A stretch of 64,000 bases of DNA from Azolla caroliniana (taxonomy: Eukaryota; Plantae; Polypodiophyta), in contig JBHGNT010000009.1 in assembly GCA_043228905.1 (NCBI GenBank), forward strand, positions 10,168,001 to 10,232,000, in the 5' to 3' direction. The notes under the pieces were generated by a model. The model was not told the origin of the DNA and did not search any database. It saw nothing but the letters and a program-made list of their open reading frames with translations. A program made the translations under genes and the position numbers. Every line of letters starts with the position of its first letter. Position 1 is the first letter of the stretch. Shown here one piece after another: positions 12,599 to 22,566 of the stretch.

Positions 12599-13260
12599 TG
12601 TCGTGAAGAAAACCGGCCATGGGCGGAATCGGAGAAAAGGGGCATGAATCGGCTCTTGCATGGGTGGAAGTTGAACTGATATTTTGTACATGATTCATAA
12701 TTAGGTCAGCTGATGTAAATACTAGGTAGTGTGCATTTATTAGGGGATTGTGCATAGCTCTGTCGAAAGGGACAGGGAATAAAGCGATTTTGACTAGGGA
12801 GAAAGGGGCACCCCCTTTTGGGAACTATTTAAGGAGAGGAGAGAAGGAAGAGAAGGTATCGCGCGTTGGCGAGGATGAAGTGCTGCTGTATAACCAAGTG
12901 CCGAGCTCTCTCTCCTCCAATCGTCGTTCTCTGTGGGTGTCAGGAGTTCACTGCCTCTGCTTCGTGGACAGCCCATGTGCTTCCAGCAGAGTCTCTCTCT
13001 TTCCCTTTTCCCCTATTGTTTCTTCGAGTCGTGTGGTTGTCGTCGGTGTGCGTGAGTAGGACCCCGTGTCGGGTCCATTACCGGGTTGCCGATTGAACTG
13101 TTCAAGTTGTAAGCTATTGACTATAGAAATTGGATTACTGTTTTCTTGCTCTTAATCTCTTTCTGTGTACTTGCAACTCTCTCTCTCTTTCTCTCTCTCC
13201 TTGGTCCAAGACCCCCATGGTCCCGCCTCTTCCTACACGCGAATGCAAAACTTCGCGAAA
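12599..13260 (+). repeat. 5' LTR of gypsy A
   Basis: Direct repeat of 18969-19633. Confidence 0.93.
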
Positions 13261-13264
13261 TATT

Positions 13265-13282
13265 TGGTGAACCCGACGTGAA
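13265..13282 (+). promoter_or_regulatory. PBS complementary to the tRNA-Trp 3' end
   Basis: TGGTGAACCCGACGTGAA matches the recalled plant tRNA-Trp end ...TTCACGTCGGGTTCACCA. Confidence 0.85.
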
Positions 13283-13305
13283 ACGGGCGGCAAAGGAGTC
13301 GAAAG

Positions 13306-15325
13306 ATGAGGGGATCAGAGCTAGCAGAGGCAATGGCGGTAGCCGTCAATTGGCTGGTGAGCGCTCATGACGGGACGGGTACCCTCGATAGAGCCATCGA
13401 ATCGATCGTCGGCACTATAGGCAGGTTCGGAGGGAAAGACGCCACAAATTATTTGGAGGCTTACCAGGCCGAAATGATCATGAGGGATATGTCGGTGGAT
13501 AGGCGGTTGTCCGGATTCCCTCGGGTGGTGACACCGAGCGTCCACGCGGAGGTGCTCGAGGTGCTGGCCAGGTGCCAGACTTGGGAGGAGTTCGAGCTAC
13601 AGCTCCTCGAGAAGTACGGGTTTGACGACTCACTTAGGCTATCGAGGCGGGACTTCATGGTGTGGGTGGAAAGCCCCGGAAAAGGGAGGAACATGTCGGC
13701 GCTCCTCCAGGAGTTCGAAAAACAGTTTGCGCGGTTGTCGACGCTGGACCGGACCGTGCTCGAAACGAGTCGGGTACTACTGTTTGTCAAGTCGGTGGAC
13801 GCGCTCGACAGGGAAAAGGTGGGTCCCCTATTGGAAACGGACGAAGGGCTCACTGCAGACTAGGCCGTGGTAAAACGGGTCTGCAGCCGTTTCGACAAAC
13901 AACGCGATTGGAGCGACGGAAGCTCGTCGGGGTCAGGGCCGGTCCCGGCGAGGAGGCTAGAGGAGGCGGTATCGGTGCTAGCCGGTAGGAAGGAAGAGAC
14001 TCGAATTTGGCTGGAGTCGGGGTCGGCATCGAACGACGTGGTTAGAGGCCTATCCGGAGGAGCGGTGCATGTGGTGTGACGCGATCGGTCACATTCGGAA
14101 GGAATGCGCGGATTTCGCCGACGCGCTCAGGACCAACGTGGTGTACCTCTGGAACGGGCGGGTGCACGCGAGCAAGACCTGGACAGCCCTAGAACTAAAT
14201 ACGGGGCACGGCGGAATGAAGAGGTTGATGGAAGAGGCCGCGACACGACATGTAGAAGCCGTTAACTACTTAGTGTCGGCGGGAATTCGGGTCGGGGGTG
14301 ATGAGACCCGGAAGGTGAAGGACTCCGGATTTTGGTCGCTAGTGCTAGAAGGCCTCTCCGGAGTTCAGCTGATCAAGGAAGAGGCGGACCGCGCAGAACA
14401 GCGGGTCCAGGAGTTCACTGGATGGTACGATCCGGTCGAAGAGAAAATGGGCTTCGTAGAAGCCGCTTGCCACAACTACAAGGCTCTGGTGGAAGACAAA
14501 CGGGTAGGAAAGGTCGGGGGCGTTGGTCCCCCGTAGAGGTACAAGACCCAGTTCGGACCGAAACCGACCGGTGCCGGCAACCCAGGCGCGCCGAACGGGA
14601 AGAAGCAGGTGGGGTTTCGGTTGAGCACCGAAATCGAGAGAGCAACGGAACTACGAAAGGTCCTTGAAGAGCAGATCCTCGATAGTAAAGTGGAGTTGTC
14701 GTTGCGGGAGGTGCTAGGAATCGCCAAGAGGGAGTTCCACAATGCCATCGTAGACTTGGTGAAGCAGAAGAGGCTCTCGGTGGAGCCAGAACCGGAGAAG
14801 CCAGTGGAGGTGCAGACTACGCACTTAGAAGACGCGGCCCTAGAAGACGAGTTGGCAGAAAGCCACTACGCGAAGCCGCATTGGGCCAGGACAACTACGG
14901 AGACCCCTATGCGGATCTGTGACGTTCCGGAACCGGTGGTGGCTTTGGTACACCATGGATCCGAAATCAACCTGATGTCCATGGATTTCTACAAGAGGGG
15001 TAAATGGCTGATCAACACCAAGCATGGGTGGAAGATACGCGCGGCGACGCGTGCTACGAAGGAGCTACATGGTGCGTGCCCGAATATACGCGTAAAGGTT
15101 GGTGACGTCGAGATAGATCAACATTTCTTCATGCAGGAAAAATCCTCGCACTCGGTGATTCTTGGCGAACCATACATTACGGCAACACGCATGGAGACGA
15201 AGGTGTTGGATAATGGTTCGGCCTACGCCCGCGTCAAGAGCCAGGACAATCGGCATTCCATCCAATTCATGACCATATGTCTGAACCACGAGACCCTCAG
15301 CGGCGACAGCCGAGGGGATTTTTAA
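13306..15325 (+). pseudogene. Gypsy A gag-protease ORF (disrupted)
   Basis: FGGKDATNYL, knuckle remnant WCDAIGHIRKEC, protease ALVHHGSEINLM...VILGEPY; ends GAT TTT TAA. Confidence 0.88.
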
Positions 15326-15381
15326 AGGGGGCTATCAAGGCGTGGGGCCGCGGTAGTCCGGACGTACCGGAAGAACCCCAC
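15316..15381 (+). promoter_or_regulatory. Putative -1 ribosomal frameshift signal (GGATTTT plus H-type pseudoknot)
   Basis: Heptamer 15316-15322, stem 1 15329-15336/15352-15359, stem 2 15342-15347/15376-15381; pol is open in the -1 frame. Confidence 0.8.
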
Positions 15382-17393
15382 ACATGTACAGTAGGTAGGA
15401 GGTTTTGGTTCTTCGAAAACGGAGGTTGTACTATAGCCGGTGTCAGCGGTCGGGAGAGGAAGCGAGCGGAGGAGCGGCTCAGGGGATGCGGAGTCCTCTC
15501 CCCCGACGAAGAAATCAGTGGCGCCGTGGAGGCGGTATCGAAGGTGAGGCCAGTTGCGGCACCCTTGCCGGAGGGCAACGAGGAGCGGATAAAAGGGGTC
15601 GCGTCAGACCCAAGTTTACGGAATCCGTCTAGCATAGGGCACCGGTTCACCAACATAACGCTACGGGAGCTCAAGGTTGGTGGGGGTAGCTTTCTACTGC
15701 CGGCGGAGGAGGACAGGTTTCGGAGAATACTTGGAAGGCATGGGAAAGCCTTCGCGTTCTCGCCGGAGGAGATTGGGTGCGTGGACCCAACGATCGTCGA
15801 ACCGATGGTGATCTTCACGGTATCGCATGTACCGTGGAATCTCAAACCGATTCCAGTGCCGAGAGCTCACATCCTAGAGTTGATGGAGCTTTTGAGGCAA
15901 AAGGTGGAGATGGGCATCCTCGAACCGTCGAGTGACACGTATTCGAATTGGTGGTTTACGGTGCCGAAGAAGAACGGCACGCTGCGTTTCATTCAAGACC
16001 TGCAACCGGTCAACAGGGTGACCATCCGTAATGCAGGAATCAGACCAACCATAGACGAGTTCGCAGAGGCCTTCGCTGGGAGGTCGATCTATTCGCTCGG
16101 TGACTTATACTCGGGGTACGACCAGTTCCAGCTAGCCGTGGAGAGCAGGGATATCACGACGATGTGAACCCCTCTCGGCCTAGTACGGATGTGTACCCTA
16201 CCACAAGGCGGGATGAACTCGGTGGCGCATATGGTGAACGCAATGAACAAGGTGTTGAGGGACTTCATCCCGGACATCACCATGCCATTCTTGGACGACA
16301 TCCCAATAAAGGGGTGTCCGGTGGATGATTTGGACGAGACTGTCGGGCCAGACGGATGCCGAAGGTTTGTCGTGAACCACATCAACGACTGCGAGAAGGT
16401 GTTGCAGAGGCTCGAAAGCGCACGACTCACCTTCTCCGGAGAAAAATCGGCGTTCGGGCAGTTGGAGATCTTGGTGGTCGGACACCTGTGCAGTCCTTAC
16501 GTTAGGAAACCGTCTCAGGCAAAGGTAGAGGCCATCTCCACGATGAGGTACGATTGCGGGTCAGTCACGGAGGTCCGTAGATTCTTGGGAGCATGCGCGT
16601 TCTACCACATCTGGATCCCGCACTACGCACATGTCGCGGCACCCCTCTACGGACTATTGAAAAAGGGGCGTAGCTTTGAGTGGAGGACGAAGCACACGGA
16701 GTCGGTCCGGAGACTAAAGGAGGCGCTTACGGTAGCACCAGCTCTCTGTAAAGCGGTTTACGGTAAGGGGGTCCCCATCTACGTAACGGTGGACACGAGC
16801 CTGACCGGGATCGGGTGGGTGAACAACCAGGAGGACGAGGACGGCGCACGGTTCCCGATCCAGTTCGGGGTGAAGGTATTGAGCGAGCGACAACGAGGAT
16901 ACGCCCAAGTCAAGCGCGAACTATGGGGTATCGTTTCAGTAGTCAAGGCCGACAGGGACTACCTGATCGGGACGGAGGTAACAATCAAGACGGACTGCCT
17001 ACCGATACTCGGCATGGTTTCCGGATGCCCGACACCCGACCTAGCGATGCTCCGGTGGATAGCGTAAATTAAGTCCCTGAACCCGGAGATACGACACATC
17101 TCCGGAAAGGATAACGCCATGGCCGGCATGCTTTCGAGAGCAAGGTTCAACGACGAAGACGGCATGGTTTCGGATGATGAAGAAGTCGGCGAGGACTTCT
17201 TCGGGCTGGCTAATGTGACGACGAGAAAAGGGGACACTCCGGCGCTTAACGAATTTGACGAAAGCAGGTACGACGTGAGTGGCTCCAAATCGGGAGGTTC
17301 CTACGGGCGATGACGCCGAACGCAGCGTGGACGAGAGAAGAGGGGAGCCGGGTACGGAAGAAGGCATACCGATTCTTCCTACGGGACAGGTAT

Positions 17394-18177
17394 CCGTCCC
17401 CTCACGAGCGCTTACCAGCTGGTTGACGGCTACTTCCATTGCCTCCACTAGCTCCGATCCCCTCATCTTTCGACTCCTTTGCCGCCTTTTCACGTCGGGT
17501 TCACCAAATATGTCGCGTTGTTATGCGCGTGCGTGCAGAAAGAGGCGGGACCACGGGGGCCTTGAACCGAGGAGAGAGAGAGACAGAGATCTAGCAAACA
17601 CGCAACAGGGAGAAGGAAAGAGAAACAAATGGCACACTTAATTACAGTAACAGTAGATTACAATATTCAGAGATTGCAAACTCTGACGGTTACAACCGGC
17701 AAGGTGGCGATGGACCCGCACGGGGATCCCACTCACGCACACCGACAGAACACACCCGACTCAAAGAAACAAAAAGGGGAGAACCTCTGCCGGAAGCGCA
17801 CGGGCTGTCCACGAAGCAGAGGCAGCGAACTCCCCACCCCACAAGGACTCACGATCGAAGGAAAAGAGAGAGCTCGGCACTCGGTTCTGCAACACTCCCT
17901 CCTCCCTCACGCGCGATCCCCTTTTCTTCCTTCTCTCCCTCCTTAAATAGTTCGCAAAAAGAGGGTGCCCTTTTTCCCTAGTCAAATCGCTTTATTCCCT
18001 GTCCCTTCTCACAGAGATACGCACAATCCCCTAATAAATGTGTACTACTTAGTATTTACATCAGCCGATCCATTTATGAATCAACATCAAAATATCAATT
18101 CACGCGTCCATCCGTGTAAGAGCCGGTTCATGCACCTTTTTGTCTGATTCCGCCTATGGCCGGTTTTCTTCACGACA
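17394..18177 (-). mobile_element. Truncated inverted family A copy (LTR 17511-18177, Trp PBS 17489-17506, gag start) inside the host integrase
   Basis: Reverse complement of the 12599-13380 region but diverged; replaces the HHCC zinc-binding part of the integrase. Confidence 0.88.
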
Positions 18178-18968
18178 ACGGGTGCGTGGGGAGGATCGTG
18201 GCGGATCGGGGAGAGCTGGATGCGCGGGAAGCTGAGGAGTTGTTCGACCGGCTAGGGGTCAAACTCTCCCTCACTACGGCGTACAATCCGGAGGCGAACA
18301 GGAAGGTAGAGCGTGGGCACGGGCCGATCGTAAAGGCGTTGGTGCGTGCATGCGGAGGTCAGGTCGGGAATTGGTCGCGGCTCCTTCCTTACCCACAATG
18401 GGCGGACTGAACTACGCACAGTTCGGTGACAGGGTTTATGTCGGTAGAGCTGATATACGGACAGAAGTCGATCATGCTGGTGGAATGGATGGTTTCTTCA
18501 TGGTCGACGGTAGATTGGAAGGACGAGATGAGTCGGGAGGAGTTGCTGGCGGTGCGGATTCGGCAACTCGAGCGGAGGCCGGAGGACGTGAAACGAGCGA
18601 AGGAAAAGAAGATCGAGGAAGGCGACTGGGTCTTGGTATACGACAACAGCCTCGACAATCAGCACAAGGCGGTGCGAAAGTTCGCTAGGAGATGGTTCGG
18701 GCCGTACACAGTGACGAGCGCGAACGACAACGGCACGTACCACCTAGCGGAACTCGACGGGACACGGTTAGCGGTACAGGTGGCCGGAAAGCGGATCAAA
18801 GCGTTCAAGAAGCGGTTCGAACAAGAGCCGGCGCCGGCGAGCTTGAGCGATGATGACAATCGGTTTGGGCCCGTCGAAGAATCGGAGAGCGATGAGTGAA
18901 GTCGGTTTTCTTCGGTATCTACTCGTCTTTGGCGCATGCCGGTGGATGCGCAGTTTGGTGGGGGTGGA

Positions 18969-19633
18969 TGTCGTGAAGAAAACCGGCCATGGGCGGAATC
19001 GGAGAAAAGGGGCATGAACCGGCTCTTACATGGGTGAACGTTGAACTGATATTATGTACATGATTCATAATTAGGTCGGCTGATGTAAATACTAGGTAGT
19101 GTGCATTTATTAGGGGATTGTGCGTATCTCTATCGAAAGGGACAGGGAATAAAGCAATTTTGACTAGGGAGAAAGGGGCACCCCCTTTTGGGAACTATTT
19201 AAGGAGAGGAGAGAAGGAAGAGAAGGTATCGCGCGTTGGCGAGGACAAAGTGATGCTGCAGAACAGAGTGCCGAGCTCTCTCTCCTTCAATCGTCGTTCT
19301 CTGTGGGTGTCGGGATTTCGCTGCCTCTGCTTCGTGGACAGCCCATGTGCTTCCAGCAGAGTCTCTCTCTTTCCCTTTTCCCTTTTTGTTTCTTCGAGTC
19401 GTGTGGCTATCGTCGGTGTGCGTGAGTAGGACCCCGTGTCGAGTCCATTGCCGGGTTGCCGGTTGTAACTGTTCGAGTTGTAAGCTATTGACTACAGTAA
19501 TCGGATTCCTGTTTTCTTGCTCTTAATCTCTTTCTGTGTACTTGCAACTCTCTCTCTCTCTCTCTCTCTCTCCTTGGTCCAAGACCCCCGTGGTCCCACC
19601 TCTTCCTACATGCGAACGCGAAACTTCGCGACA
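18969..19633 (+). repeat. 3' LTR of gypsy A
   Basis: Preceded by a G-rich PPT; TGTCG...CGACA termini. Confidence 0.93.
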
Positions 19634-20738
19634 CCGGGTCGGTTTTTGTTTATATCGGAATTTCGTCCGTATCATCTTCCATCCGAACCGGCTTCTGACT
19701 TTACCTTTCTTGCCGCCACCTCCCGTCTCTCCGGTCTCACATTGGTATTCGGACACAACCGCCGAAGTCTCTAGAATTAGTGGGCAAGACATTTGCATCG
19801 TGATCATCTTCGAGTTTGATCCCGATGTCCATCCTTTCTTTCCGATCAATCGATCTTACGAACATTAAGACTTTATCCTCCCCCACCAATCTTTGATCCC
19901 GCTCTGAGAGTTGAGAAAAACGATGCTCGAACTCTAGGAATTCTTGTGTTGCACTTTGGTGGGTCTTCTCCGATAAAACCCATTCGTCGAACTCACGACG
20001 ATCTCGTCCTTTCAATCTCTCATAGTCATATGCCTCTCATAAAGTTTCTTCGAAGGACCCCCATGTTGGGTTGTGTTGCCGTCTCTTGTAGTTTCTTTCT
20101 TGTAACTCATCCATGGCTACCCGATTGAAGGAAATCACTTGAAATCCTTCCGACATCCCACATCACATCATCTCCGCTTTGTAATCACATAGATAGCATG
20201 ACACATCATTTCTGTTGAATAGCCCGTTTTGTTGCACAAGCCGCTCTACTGCCGACTTCATCTCCGACACTGCATGTTGCTCTTGTTGCATCCGCTCAAT
20301 CATCATCATCATTATGCTCATCGCCTCTTGTTGATTCTCCATCTCCTTGCCACCCGCCTTCACGTTGGGTTCACCACGTGTGTCGTGCCTTTTGGCGCCA
20401 GATAGTTGCGTGAGTCGGGTGGGAACCGCTAGGGTTTTGGACTAGGGGTGTGTGAAAAATTTGGAAATTGGATATAATTTTAAAAAACACCAATTAATAA
20501 ATTATACTCGTGGGATTCACGAGATTTCTATATCCTTCTCTTTCTAGCTAAATTCATATTATTATCTTAATATTGATTAATCTAATACAATACACTCGTG
20601 GGATTCACGACGTTTCTATATCTCTTTCCTACAACCTACCTATATTCTAATTAGTCTCAAATTCTTCCTCCTCCTAGTCCAAAACCCGAGCGGTTCCCAC
20701 CCGACTCACGTAACAATCCGGTGCCGAAAGACACGACA

Positions 20739-21616
20739 ATGTGACCTTCATCAACGACTTCTCGAGGCACACCTAGATCTACCCCATGCGGCAAAAGAGA
20801 GAAGTGTTTGGACACTTCCAAAAATTTAATAATGAAGTCGAGAAAGCCACGGGCCGACATGTATGATGCCTTCGATCAGATGGAGGCAAGGAATATTTCT
20901 CGGCGTATCTACGGAAAGAAGGAATTCGTTGAGAGTTTTCGTGTTGACATACGCCACAAAACGGAGTGGCCAAACGAAAGAATCGGCACATCCTCGAAGT
21001 AGCACAGGCCATGATGAACGAAAACCACGTGCCGAAGTTGTACTGGGCAGAAGCTGCTAACATGGCCGTATACCTCATGAATCGGTGTACGACATCAAGT
21101 GTGCACGAACTTACTCCGCATGAGAAGTTTTTCGAAAAGAAGCCGCTTCAACGGCAACGAATCGACTCACTCCCTCGATAGTGAGTTCGAATGCCTTGAT
21201 CTCCGGACATATGGAGTGAAGAAAGACTTAGTATCCGCAAACGAGAAGCTCTGCCGATCCACCCGTGAAAATAACCCCGTAAGCCGATTCGGCTACAACG
21301 ATTATATGGTGTACCATTACGCCTTTATGATGAAGGTAGCGATGGTACGGGAGCTGGAAACGTTTTCCAAAGCCACAAAGGACCCCAGATGGGTTGAAGC
21401 AATGAATGAGGAGATGCAAGCACTCCCCAAAAACAAGACGCGGGATCTTGTGCCCCACTCACCGCACAAGAAGGCGATTGGCTGCAGATGGATCTACAAG
21501 ACGGCTTTATAAACCGCTACAAAGCTTGACTCGTAGCGAAAGGATACACACAAACACATGGAGTCGACTACGAAGAGACATTTGTCCCGAGAAAAGATGA
21601 CAACTGTGCGGACCGT
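20739..21616 (+). pseudogene. Copia integrase/RT remnant (probably Copia-2) with internal deletions; resumes at 29076-29282
   Basis: VTFINDFSRHT, KRKNRHILE, SRFGYNDYM, KKAIGCRWIYK; KMTTVRTV joins IALAAAK...HMDVKNAF across gypsy B. Confidence 0.85.
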
Positions 21617-22510
21617 TGTCATGCCTTTCGGCTCCGGATCGTTGCGTGAGTCGGGTGGGAACCGCTGGGGTTTTGGACTAGGAGGAAAGAAAATTCTAAG
21701 GCAATTAAGAATATGAAATATATTGTAAGAAAGAAATATATGAAAAACTCGTGAATCCCACGAGTATAGTGTATTAGTGAGTACTCAAATTAAGAGAGAA
21801 AAATAGTTAGCAAATTCGTGGATCCCATGATTATATTATATTAATCAACCCTTGTAAAATAATCAACAACCTCCATACATCTTTCTCTCTTCCTTATATA
21901 GTGTTGGAAGAGTCTAAGTTTATCACATGCCAACATCATGCTTTTCCTATCTTTAGTTTTCATGCACATTGCATGTGCATGATTAGCTTTCTATCTCATC
22001 TTTTCTTTTAACTCGAGTGTCTATGCATGAATAACTTTTTGTACCATGCATGTCTAGAAATTTTATATGGGATAAAGTTTAGTATAACTTTAAAATTCAT
22101 AATACACTGGTATAATGATAAGGCTTAACATTATTAACATGGAGGTGTAAGGTTCAAATCTTGCCCTATGCATGTAATATATATATTTTGATACTTTCTT
22201 CTATTTACAAATATGTCTCTTCATCCGGTGAGAGACTCTCACCGGCCTTCTTCATCCGGCTCTTTCCAATTCTCCTTCATCCGGTGCTTGCTAGTTTTCT
22301 TTGTCCGGTTCTTACTGGGACCTCCTTACCGATCTCTATGTCCGTTTATCACCGACTCTCACCGGCCTTCTCATTCGGCTCTTTCCGGGTCTCCTTACTG
22401 GTTTCGGTTCTTACCGGTTCCTTCTTCCGGTTCTCACTGGGTACTCCATGCCCTATCCGGAGAGACCAAAAATGTAATTTTTCACGTAGTGTGCGAATTA
22501 CACTACGACA
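21617..22510 (-). repeat. 3' LTR of gypsy B
   Basis: Direct repeat of 28177-29071 with about 14 differences counted by eye. Confidence 0.95.
22101..22172 (+). promoter_or_regulatory. tRNA-derived A/B-box module in family B U3 (second copy at 28661-28732)
   Basis: TGGTATAATGA at 22108, GGTTCAAATCT at 22151 (43-nt spacing), T4 run at 22186. Confidence 0.6.
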
Positions 22511-22566
22511 CTCGCCCCCTCCTAACCCGCATATCCTCCGGTATGTGCCGAAGTCCCCGATGTTTT

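Larger units (their letters stand above)
15316..18899 (+). pseudogene. Gypsy A pol (RT-RNase H-integrase), disrupted
   Basis: DLYSGYDQF, LPQG, FLDD, VDTSLTGIGW, DRGELD, YNPEANRKVERGH, WFGPY. Confidence 0.92.
12599..19633 (+). mobile_element. Ty3/gypsy family A, near-complete (7.0 kb), decayed
   Basis: LTRs 12599-13260 and 18969-19633, TSD CCGG on both sides, Trp PBS, gag-PR-RT-RH-INT order. Confidence 0.95.
11591..20738. mobile_element. Rearranged non-autonomous gypsy family B derivative: gag-only core on the minus strand (20380-19638 plus 12594-12167), with LTR halves in both orientations
   Basis: Trp PBS at 20359-20376, gag homologous to 28159 (GGKEMENQ...), PPT at 12167-12178; plus-strand LTR start at 11591 and plus-strand LTR end at 20738. 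Confidence 0.75.

Noticed and set aside
22101-22172. Functional tRNA genes here and at 8262, 28661 and 37131
   Set aside because: Acceptor and anticodon stems do not pair properly; reported only as tRNA-derived modules
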